Part shown: positions 1 to 9,550 of the stretch, piece by piece | How the letters are laid out: each line of letters starts with the position of its first letter | Numbering within the stretch: the stretch's first letter is position 1 | Origin: Paramoeba atlantica | Lineage: Eukaryota > Protista > Discosea | Length of the DNA stretch: 64,000 bases | Assembly: GCA_977017575.1 (NCBI GenBank) | Contig: CDRNVI010000043.1 | Coordinates: 1-64,000, forward strand | Reading direction: 5' to 3' | The notes under the pieces: generated by a model | Seen by the model: the letters and a program-made list of their open reading frames with translations, nothing else | What the model was told of the DNA's origin: nothing | The model's database searches: none | Made by a program: the position numbers and the translations under genes

Positions 1-1035
1 AAGAGGGAGGAAGAGGGAGGAAGAGGGAGGAAGAGGGAGGAAGAGGGAGGAAGAGGGAGGAAGAGGGAGAGGAGAGAGGGAGGAAGAGGGAGGAAGAGGG
101 AGGAAGAGGGAGGAAGAGGGAGGAAGAGGGAGGAAGAGGGAGGAAGAGGGAGGAAGAGGGAGGAAGAGGGAGGAAGAGGGAGGAAGAGGGAGGAAGAGGG
201 AGGAAGAGGGAGGAAGAGGGAGGAAGAGGGAGGAAGAGGGAGGAAGAGGGAGGAAGAGGGAGGAAGAGGGAGGAAGAGGGAGGAAGAGGGAGGAAGAGGG
301 AGGAAGAGGGAGGAAGAGGGAGGAAGAGGGAGGAAGAGGGAGGAAGAGGGAGGAAGAGGGAGGAAGAGGGAGGAAGAGGGAGGAAGAGGGAGGAAGAGGG
401 AGGAAGAGGGAGGAAGAGGGAGGAAGAGGGAGGAAGAGGGAGGAAGAGGGAGGAAGAGGGAGGGAGGAAGAGGGAGGAAGAGGGAGGAAGAGGGAGGAAG
501 AGGGAGGAAGAGGGAGGAAGAGGGAGGAAGAGGGAGGAAGAGGGAGGAAGAGGGAGGAAGAGGGAGGAAGAGGGAGGAAGAGGGAGGAAGAGGGAGGAAG
601 AGGGAGGAAAGAGGGAGGAAGAGGGAGGAAGAGGGAGGAAGAGGGAGGAAGAGGGAGGAAGAGGGAGGAAGAGGGAGGAAGAGGGAGGAAGAGGGAGGAA
701 GAGGGAGGAAGAGGGAGGAAGAGGGAGGAAGAGGGAGGAAGAGGGAGGAAGAGGGAGGAAGAGGGAGGAAGAGGGAGGAAGAGGGAGGAAGAGGGAGGAA
801 GAGGGAGGAAGAGGGAGGAAGAGGGAGGAAGAGGGAGGAAGAGGGAGGAAGAGGGAGGAAGAGGGAGGAAGAGGGAGGAGAGGGAGGAAGAGGGAGGAAG
901 AGGGAGGAAGAGGGAGGAAGAGGGAGGAAGAGGGAGGAAGAGGGAGGAAGAGGGAGGAAGAGGGAGGAAGAGGGAGGAAGAGGGAGGAAGAGGGAGGAAG
1001 AGGGAGGAAGAGGGAGGAAGAGGGAGGAAGAGGGA
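1..1035 (+). repeat. 10-bp purine satellite (GAGGAAGAGG)n, open at the window edge
   Basis: Near-perfect tandem 10-mer read directly, with only a few indels. Confidence 0.98.
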
Positions 1036-2478
1036 CTTTCTTCCTCTTTCTTCCTCTTTCTTCCTCTTTCTTCCTCTTTCTTCCTCTTTCTTCCTCTTTC
1101 TTCCTCTTTCTTCCTCTTTCTTCCTCTTTCTTCCTCTTTCTTCCTCTTTCTTCCTCTTTCTTCCTCTTTCTTCCTCTTTCTTCCTCTTTCTTCCTCTTTC
1201 TTCCTCTTTCTTCCTCTTTCTTCCTCTTTCTTCCTCTTTCTTCCTCTTTCTTCCTCTTTCTTCCTCTTTCTTCCTCTTTCTTCCTCTTTCTTCCTCTTTC
1301 TTCCTCTTTCTTCCTCTTTCTTCCTCTTTCTTCCTCTTTCTTCCTCTTTCTTCCTCTTTCTTCCTCTTTCTTCCTCTTTCTTCCTCTTTCTTCCTCTTTC
1401 TTCCTCTTTCTTCCTCTTTCTTCCTCTTTCTTCCTCTTTCTTCCTCTTTCTTCCTCTTTCTTCCTCTTTCTTCCTCTTTCTTCCTCTTTCTTCCTCTTTC
1501 TTCCTCTTTCTTCCTCTTTCTTCCTCTTTCTTCCTCTTTCTTCCTCTTTCTTCCTCTTTCTTCCTCTTTCTTCCTCTTTCTTCCTCTTTTCTTCCTCTTT
1601 CTTCCTCTTTCTTCCTCTTTCTTCCTCTTTCTTCCTCTTTCTTCCTCTTTCTTCCTCTTTCTTCCTCTTTCTTCCTCTTTCTTCCTCTTTCTTCCTCTTT
1701 CTTCCTCTTTCTTCCTCTTTCTTCCTCTTTCTTCCTCTTTCTTCCTCTTTCTTCCTCTTTCTTCCTCTTTCTTCCTCTTTCTTCCTCTTTCTTCCTCTTT
1801 CTTCCTCTTTCTTCCTCTTTCTTCCTCTTTCTTCCTCTTTCTTCCTCTTTCTTCCTCTTTCTTCCTCTTTCTTCCTCTTTCTTCCTCTTTCTTCCTCTTT
1901 CTTCCTCTTTCTTCCTCTTTCTTCCTCTTTCTTCCTCTTTCTTCCTCTTTCTTCCTCTTTCTTCCTCTTTCTTCCTCTTTCTTCCTCTTTCTTCCTCTTT
2001 CTTCCTCTTTCTTCCTCTTTCTTCCTCTTTCTTCCTCTTTCTTCCTCTTTCTTCCTCTTTCTTCCTCTTTCTTCCTCTTTCTTCCTCTTTCTTCCTCTTT
2101 CTTCCTCTTTCTTCCTCTTTCTTCCTCTTTCTTCCTCTTTCTTCCTCTTTCTTCCTCTTTCTTCCTCTTTCTTCCTCTTTCTTCCTCTTTCTTCCTCTTT
2201 CTTCCTCTTTCTTCCTCTTTCTTCCTCTTTCTTCCTCTTTCTTCCTCTTTCTTCCTCTTTCTTCCTCTTTCTTCCTCTTTCTTCCTCTTTCTTCCTCTTT
2301 CTTCCTCTTTCTTCCTCTTTCTTCCTCTTTCTTCCTCTTTCTTCCTCTTTCTTCCTCTTTCTTCCTCTTTCTTCCTCTTTCTTCCTCTTTCTTCCTCTTT
2401 CTTCCTCTTTCTTCCTCTTTCTTCCTCTTTCTTCCTCTTTCTTCCTCTTTCTTCCTCTTTCTTGCTCTTTCTTCCTCT
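1036..2478 (+). repeat. 10-bp pyrimidine satellite (TTTCTTCCTC)n
   Basis: Near-perfect tandem 10-mer with one extra T near 1590. Its reverse complement GAGGAAGAAA matches the left array unit at 8/10 positions. Confidence 0.98.
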
Positions 2479-2482
2479 GCAG

Positions 2483-2735
2483 CAACAACGACAATTTCAG
2501 GAACATCGTCAGCCTGGGCCTTCAGATACTGCTTCGACTCGACCTACTCTTCCCAATAGCGAAACACAGAATTCAGCTCAGATGGGTGCTCAAGCCATGA
2601 GTGAAACGGAACTTCGCACTCGTATTCGGCACATATGTGAACGTTTGGAAAATGAACAATTGGAATTGACCGTTACTTGGTACCCGGAAGAAGCAGGCCC
2701 TAGCAACACATTTACCTGGTTAGGAAACCCACAAC
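2483..2735 (+). pseudogene. Fragment of a retroelement ORF1/gag-like gene, homologous to ORF 14946-15617
   Basis: LRTRIRHICERLENEQLELTVTWYPEEAGPSNTFTWLGNP aligns with LSSKVQEILDKIARYDLEVEVTWFAATSSPSEATTWRGIP. Confidence 0.65.
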
Positions 2736-2802
2736 CGGCCTTTTTAAACCACAACCGGCCTCCAGACACGGCCTCCCACAACCGGCCTCCCACAACCGGC
2801 CT
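2728..2802 (+). repeat. Imperfect (CCACAACCGGCCT) repeats at the 5' junction of the CRE element
   Basis: About 5 degenerate copies lie immediately before the SL sequence. Confidence 0.85.
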
Positions 2803-2838
2803 CTTTAACGATAAAGATACAGTTTCTGTACCTTGTTG
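2802..2838 (+). other. Spliced-leader (SL) exon-like sequence
   Basis: TCTTTAACGATAAAGATACAGTTTCTGTACCTTGTTG is identical at 50834-50870. It has the kinetoplastid SL hallmarks TAACG, CAGTTTCTGTAC and a terminal TTG. Confidence 0.85.
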
Positions 2839-2880
2839 TTGTCTTGTTGATTTGTTTACTATTTTTACCCCCCCCCCGTC

Positions 2881-5544
2881 ATGGGCATGTTTACCCGCAG
2901 CAGGGCGAAGGACACTGGAGTAGCTCCAGAGGTCCTACCGCTGCCACCTTCACGCCGAAAGAAGAAAGCACCCGAGGAGCGACCTCTGCCGCCACCACCG
3001 CCGCCGCCATCCACACCACCAACACCCCCAACACCGCCGCCGCTCGCGCAGTCGCCGCCCTCGTCCGCTTCACCGACATCTCCCCCACCTCCTCCTCCGC
3101 GGCCTCTTCAGTCGCCTCTCCAATCGACGTCACCTTCGACTCCTCCGTCTCTTCCGCCGGCCCCGAAGCCATCGCCGACACCATCGCCGACGCCACTGAT
3201 GCCGCCGGCGCCATCGTCACCGCCACCGCCGCCACCGCCGCCGCCACCATCGTCGCCGCCACCGCCGCCACCGCCGCCGCCGCCACCGCCGCCATCGCCG
3301 ACGAGACCGCCATTGTCACTGAAACTAACACTGCCAACACCACGGGTAACACCGCAAATGGCAACCCCAAAACGGGCAACTGAAATAAGCGAAACGGCGT
3401 CAAAGAAGCCTTCTTGTTACGACACTCTGGCAGCGAACTTTCCGTCAAAGTTTCCGACCAGGTTTAACACACGTCGCCGACTTGAAATCCCTTCGCCGCG
3501 AAGTGAGGTGGATCCAGAACGTGAGGATCTGCCTCCGACATCGCAACAGGAAGATACGGAGACGACGCCTATCATAGTAGCCCCTGTGCCGATAGAAGCA
3601 TCGCAAGCCCCCGCGCCGTCCATAAAGATATTGCAATCGAACGAGGCGGATAATCGGAAAAACAAACAACCTTCTATACCTCAAGCATCTCCAGTGCCAT
3701 CTTTGTCGCAGTTGCCAGCGCCCCTTCCCCCGCCACAGAAATCAAAGAAGAAGGCGTTCGTTTTCCCGACGCAGAGAGTATCTTCGCCGCCAACGCCACC
3801 AGCATTCACGCCAAAGCCTTCATCGCCACAGCCTGTGACATCGTCGCCGAACACAGCTCGCACGCGCCGAGTCAGGATCATTGGTTCGTCGGGCGACTTT
3901 TCGGCGAAAGACTTTCACCGACTGCGGAAGGTGCAGGAAGAGATCGGCAAACAAAATATGCCGCCCAAAGCAGCTACACTAGAGCAACACCTTCCAATCT
4001 CAAGCAGCAAAATTCCACAGAAAGATACAAATGAACCCGGAACATGGAGCAGCAGAATCAGGAAAACGTGTTCCACGGCGGCGGCTGCCATTACAACAAC
4101 GACAAATGCCATATTCAATTCCGAAAGCGCAGCGCAATGTTGTGTTGAAGCTCACCAAGCAATCGACACATCGTCCGATTCTTCAAGAGAGGAAGATGAT
4201 CCACCCGTTGTCTCTGGCAAATCATCGCAATCGCCTATTGAATTGGACGATCAACTCGTGTATGAGTTTCACGACTGCACGTCACCTCACAGCGAAAATT
4301 TTAACGATATTGATATGCAAGAGCCAGGGCAAATGGAGGAACAGGAAACCAGCGCAGGACTGCTAGGAGAACCAGTAAATCAAGAAAATGCAAGTGGGGA
4401 AAGGTTGCTGCAACTGGCGGACAGGCGAGTCGACGCGATTAGATATGTTGGAGAGAATCTAATGACGGAGGATTATGCGGTGACAATTGCTGACTCGATT
4501 AACCCTGCCGCTCAATTTCCCATTCCGGCTGATGAAATTTGGCGCCAATCAAAGCAGATCAAGACAGGAGCCCAGTGCACAGTAGTCTGGACATTTTACC
4601 GTCAGAAGGAACTGAACATATCCAATGGGAAGGTAATAAGGACTTACAGCAAACGCGGGGGCATGGGGAAGCTCACCATAGCCTACACGGGGTATCGGGG
4701 ATACAGAAGAGGAGAGGAGTTCAAAGGTTTTCTTCCGCCACAGGACTGTGTCCGAGTCTATCGTATTTGGTGGCACCAGGCGCCGCCAGCAATCGATGAC
4801 ATCGTGCTTCGGGACTCCTTTCTGGAGAATCAAGAAATACCATTGTCTACCCCTCCAGACTCTGAAGGTATCGACCGTCTCCCTATACCTACCATGCGAG
4901 CCATCGGACCCGAATTCGCGCCATGTGTAATTTCATTGCTTCGCAACATCGTGCAGAATTACTCAACAGCAGATTACCCACTACGAAACCAGATCTGGCA
5001 CCGCCTGCTGTCGGCTATGAAATTATCCCTGGCAACGATCCGGCGCGCCGAATCAAAGGGGAGAAGGCGACGACCCCTAGAAGAAAGAACGTCTGCCACG
5101 CAGGGCAACGAGCAAGCTCAAGACACCCGGGCGATTAAGAAAGCGATGCGCCTGGCTCTGGAATGGTGTACAACAAAAGCATCAAAAACAATGGACCAGG
5201 ATTTCAAACCCAGCGGACTGTCCGATGAGGAGACTTTGGACAAGCTTGCCGAATTGCACCCGCAGAAACCATGTGATTTTAGAGCCCCGGAGGAGGCTCC
5301 GATCATGTCCAGCATATCACAAGAAGAATTACGCAGTGCGGGCAAACGACTCGCAAAGGGCGTTAGCCCAGGTCCGACAGGTATGACGGATATAATCGTG
5401 CGGTTAATGATCGATGATGAAGTATCATGTTTGAATCTTTGCCATATGCTTTGCGACCTCATAAACGGTTTCCTTGTGAAAGACGTAACTAATAGGCTGA
5501 AACGTTCACGGTTGGTGGCGATCCCGAAAGAGAATGGTGGAGTG
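2881..5544 (+). CDS. CRE polyprotein, N-terminal part: basic N-terminus, Pro-rich region, W-rich domain and start of RT
   Basis: ORF track 2881-5571 contains the RT N-terminal motifs LAELHPQ, GVSPGPTG and LVAIPK. The frame is broken by an insertion after ENGGV. Confidence 0.9.
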
Positions 5545-6650
5545 AAGAAGAATCATACAAATGTCGAGTGAGAAAGGCAACTACGAATGGTTACAATCTA
5601 GTGCTAGGTTGGTGCCATCCCTTCAATTCAGTTTAGCGATTCGCCCCCGACTAGGACTACCTTTACAACAACTTCCCGACAGTATTTTATGTCCCGGTTG
5701 TAGGTTAATTCTGGACTCGAGAAAAGCATTAACACATATTCCAGGATGTTCTACATGCCCAGGAAGCAACGCGACAACAAAGCATAATGCGCTTGTTAGG
5801 TATATATACGAGCTATGCTTGAAAGCCGGGATACCGTGTGAACGAGAACCACGACAATTCGCATCGTACCGTTGTTTAGGTTGCTCAGCAACCTTGAACG
5901 ACGAACAACAAAAAGAGCATCACCATAGATGCAAGAACCGCAAACTACAACGGTCAGGACCTGATCTTTTAATCCACTGGGTTTCGGGAGCTGTATTTTA
6001 TGACTTTACGGTCATACATGAATTTTCTCCATCGAATCTAGGGAAAAAGAGCTGGCAACTAATGAAAGACGCGGCGAAAAGAAAAAACGATACGTATGTC
6101 AAAACGAACAAAATCCCTGCTGAACAGTTTGAGTGCTTACCAGTTCTCTCCGGAGGCTTGCTCCACGTGAATACCCGTAATCTGCTACACAATCTCGCGG
6201 ACAGGTGCCAGATAGACCGCGAATTCATATGCCAGGATTTTTGTTTATACATGCAAGAGCTGACAGGATCGACTTTATCAAGCCACCTAAAAAAATATGG
6301 AATTACCACAGCAGCAGATGCGACTTTAGGGATATGATTTTGGGAAATGAATCTAGAATAAAGGAAACAAAAAAAAACTACAGATTAGCTGGAGTAGAAG
6401 TATACGTTTAGAAATTTAGGATGATTGACATAATGGCCCTTCGTGGCACATAAAAAAAACTCTTACAAGTTATTTTATTAGTGTGCAAAAAAAAAAAAAA
6501 AAGTTTGTAGTATGTACTTAGGGGAGACTCTCAAAAAAAAAAAAAAAAAAAAAAAAAATATTGTAAGACCTTTCCTTATTGTAAGACCTTTCCTTATTGT
6601 AAGACCTTTCCTTATTGTAAGACCTTTCCTTATTGTAAGACCTTTCCTAT
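5545..6650 (+). mobile_element. 5'-truncated CRE family A copy with a double poly(A) and an 18-bp repeat tail, flanked by a 7-bp TSD
   Basis: C-terminal ORF to 6337 (CPGC…H…C, KHNAL, REP, RSGPDL…YDF), then poly(A) 6487-6502, a 30-bp spacer, poly(A) 6533-6558 and the 18-mer array. Confidence 0.88.
6559..6648 (+). repeat. 18-bp tandem repeat (TATTGTAAGACCTTTCCT)x5
   Basis: Read directly; it lies between the poly(A) and the right TSD. Confidence 0.95.
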
Positions 6651-8637
6651 TGGAGTGCGCCCAGTCGCAATGGGAGAGGTCCTGTCTAAACTAGCTGGGA
6701 TTGTCCTGATGCAACGCTACGAAGATACCTTGGCGCCCATGTTTGCACCGATGCAGCAGGGAGTGTTTTCAAGAGCGGGATGTGAACGGATCGTTCACAA
6801 ACTTCGCGAGCGGTATACTGAAGGATACTCCATACTATCGGTTGATTCCAAAAACGCGTTCAACTCACCATGCAGGAATCTAATCGCAAAGCATGTATTC
6901 GCGTTTAGCGCACTGCGCCCATTTCAAAGGTATTTCGAAGTTGAGTATGCTGGAGCATCCGAATTATTGTACTATGGCTCGGAAAGTAAACTCGTCGGAA
7001 TTGTCCCAAGTTCGATGGGGCTTAGGCAGGGCTCTCCACTAGCTTCTCTATATTATTGTGCATTTTTACAACCAACGCTGGAAACATTGTCGCAAGAGTT
7101 TCCCGAGGTCGAGTTTCATGCCTATATCGACGATATAACGATGGCTTCGCTGGACGGCAATCGGCTCGAGAAGGCTTTTGCCCGCTTACAGGAGTTAATG
7201 TCAGCTCAGTCCATTGATTTGGCAACCGAGAAATGCATATGGTTTGGAGGCCTGGAAAGACATGACATACCAGCGTCAATGCAAGAAATCGGGGTTAGAA
7301 AGGCCGAAAGCGTGACGAAAATATTGGGTGCACGTATAGGAGAAGAATCTGAGGTGAGGAAGCTTTTGGTGGAACAATTGGAAAAACACGATAACAGTTT
7401 CAGACGGTTGAAGATGATGGGGATCAATAACATCTCGCTAAAGCTCCTGGCTCAAAGCTTGAATGTGAAGCAACAATACGCAATCCGCGTACACCCACCT
7501 TCAGAGACAGGTGAGGCTGCAGAATTGTTTGATGAAAAGGTGGAGGAGGTTATTCAGACGTGGCTGGGACTGCTGACGGCAGAGAAAATCGAGATGGCTC
7601 GCCTTTCTATTAAGAAAGGGGGATTGGGATTAACTTCGTGTAATAATATTAGAGAGGCGGCATATAATACTTCGCTTCATATGGCAAAAGAGCGCCAAAA
7701 TTCCTTTTCTGCTCGTGCCAGTGGAGTGAGGGGCAGTGGAATTCGCAACGTCGGTAACTCTCACGATCTACCACCAACACACGACAAAACGATCGCTGCG
7801 ATACACCACGACGAAGTATTGGAAAAAATAAAGAAGGACCCATTCATCTCTAAGATCCTAAGGGCAACGACCCGAAAAGGCAGCTATGATTGGATCACGT
7901 CTGATGTACGTTTAGTGCCATCCCATCATTTCGAAATTGCTATCATGGCTAGATTGGGAATTGGCCATCCACGACTCCCGGACAGACTGTTATGTCCGGG
8001 GTGCAAAATGGTGCTCACCAATCAGACCGCGTTGTTGCACATTCCAGGCTGCGTGCGGTGTGCGGGTATAAACGCCACGACGAAACATAACGCCCTGGTC
8101 AAGTATATTTTCGATTTATGCGGAAAGGCGGGCATTCCCTGCGAGAGGGAACCTAGAGCGTTCAGCACATGGCGATGCGGTGAGTGTGGTACACAGGTTC
8201 CTCCGGAAAACGAAGCGATCCATGAAAAAACTTGCAAAGGAAGGCAATATTATCGTTCGGGGCCTGATCTGGTGGTATTCTGGAACACGGGCGAAATTTT
8301 CTATAACCTATCGGTAGTCCATGAATTATCATCATCCAACCAAAACAAGACTTGCACGAAACTTCTGCAAGATGTCATCGCACGCAAGAATGAAACGTAC
8401 GTCGCCACTGGAATGATTCCTGATTACGCCTTCCAGTGTCTACCTGTGCTTTCTTGCGGATCTCTTCACCAAAACACGAGGTTCGTACTTCACGCGTTGG
8501 CGGATGCGGCAATGCTGGATCGAGGGAAAGTGGAAATGGAATTCAAATTGATGCTTCAAGACTTAAATGGAAACGAAGTCTATGCCCAGATGCATAGCTA
8601 TTTATCAAATCGGCAGACGCAGAAAATTAGTCTCTAA
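6651..8637 (+). CDS. CRE polyprotein, C-terminal part: RT, CCHC knuckle and restriction-like endonuclease
   Basis: RPVAMGE, DSKNAFNS, GLRQGSPL, AYIDD, KKGGLGL, CPGC-x-H-x-C, KHNALV and SGPDL motifs. Confidence 0.93.
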
Positions 8638-8803
8638 TCATCAGAAAAAAATTAAAGTATTAGCTTATCTCATCTTTAGATTCAGCTTACAAAGACGCGT
8701 AAGCTTACATGTTTACGGATTGAAATTCAGGAGGGATTATTTTTGAATAAAAAAAAAAAAGGAGTTTTCTTGGGTGGGGGGCCCTTTTCTATGATGGGGG
8801 GAT

Positions 8804-9550
8804 GTGGCCAGCGTCCGGATTTCCTTTCTTAGACACCAAAAAAAACCGGCCTTTGCGGAAGACGGTACTCAGATACTGAAAATTGTTTATAGAAATGGGC
8901 AGATTTTCCCTATCCCGAATCCTGGCGTGAAGTTCGTATCGATTGAAGCTGCAAGTATCCGCAACGACGTACCCCTGACTGCCTCATTATTTCAAAGTGA
9001 GTTCCGCAATTACGATGTGGGCACATGGAATGGCTATTTCCGTACAAACAGCGAATTTGCAAAAGAAATCCTCCTACAGCGATTGCGCACGGAGTTCCGA
9101 GTGCCAGTAAACATGCCACAATATCTACAAGAATATTGGGATTCTCTTTACTATTGGGTTTGTGACACATTCGTCCGGCGCGGGGTAGATAAAAACGAAA
9201 ATCCGGCGCACGCGCAGCGCGGCCAGCACGCGGTCGATTCATTACGCATGCGACTAGCTACCATGCGGGGTGGTGACGCAAACTACATTCAGGCCCAATA
9301 TGCAGTATCCCGTGATCCTGCTGATTCCCTCGGAAATATGTTGTACCGAAGCATCGACTATGCACGTACCCATCCTCCTCTTACTCGCCCTACAACTTAC
9401 ACCCCCTATTCTTCTGCACGCGCATATATACCGCAGGGCCGAGGCCGAGGCACATCAGACCTTACATTCCGAAGGGGGCGCTCAGGAACAGGTTTCGAAC
9501 GCCGTCCGGTTTTTCACCGAGGGGGGTATGGCATACAAGGCCGCCAATAG
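8804..9550 (+). CDS. gag-like ORF1 of YR1 (start uncertain, probably 5'-truncated)
   Basis: Lies upstream of the YR gene and has an RG-rich C-terminus. It has no recognisable catalytic motif. Confidence 0.6.
   Translation: MASVRISFLRHQKKPAFAEDGTQILKIVYRNGQIFPIPNPGVKFVSIEAASIRNDVPLTASLFQSEFRNYDVGTWNGYFRTNSEFAKEILLQRLRTEFRVPVNMPQYLQEYWDSLYYWVCDTFVRRGVDKNENPAHAQRGQHAVDSLRMRLATMRGGDANYIQAQYAVSRDPADSLGNMLYRSIDYARTHPPLTRPTTYTPYSSARAYIPQGRGRGTSDLTFRRGRSGTGFERRPVFHRGGYGIQGRQ

Larger units (their letters stand above)
2802..8760 (+). mobile_element. Full-length CRE/SLACS-like non-LTR retrotransposon (family A, YIDD), interrupted at 5545-6650
   Basis: SL at the 5' end and poly(A) at 8749-8760. Joining 2881-5544 to 6658-8637 restores a 1547-aa ORF. 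TSD TGGAGTG lies at 5538-5544 and 6651-6657. Confidence 0.92.

Noticed and set aside
2844-3448. Ala/Thr-rich alternative-frame and antisense ORFs over Pro-rich tracts (also 37919-38542), plus the many short ORFs in the track
   Set aside because: They are shadows of low-complexity coding sequence or of repeats and have no independent motifs.
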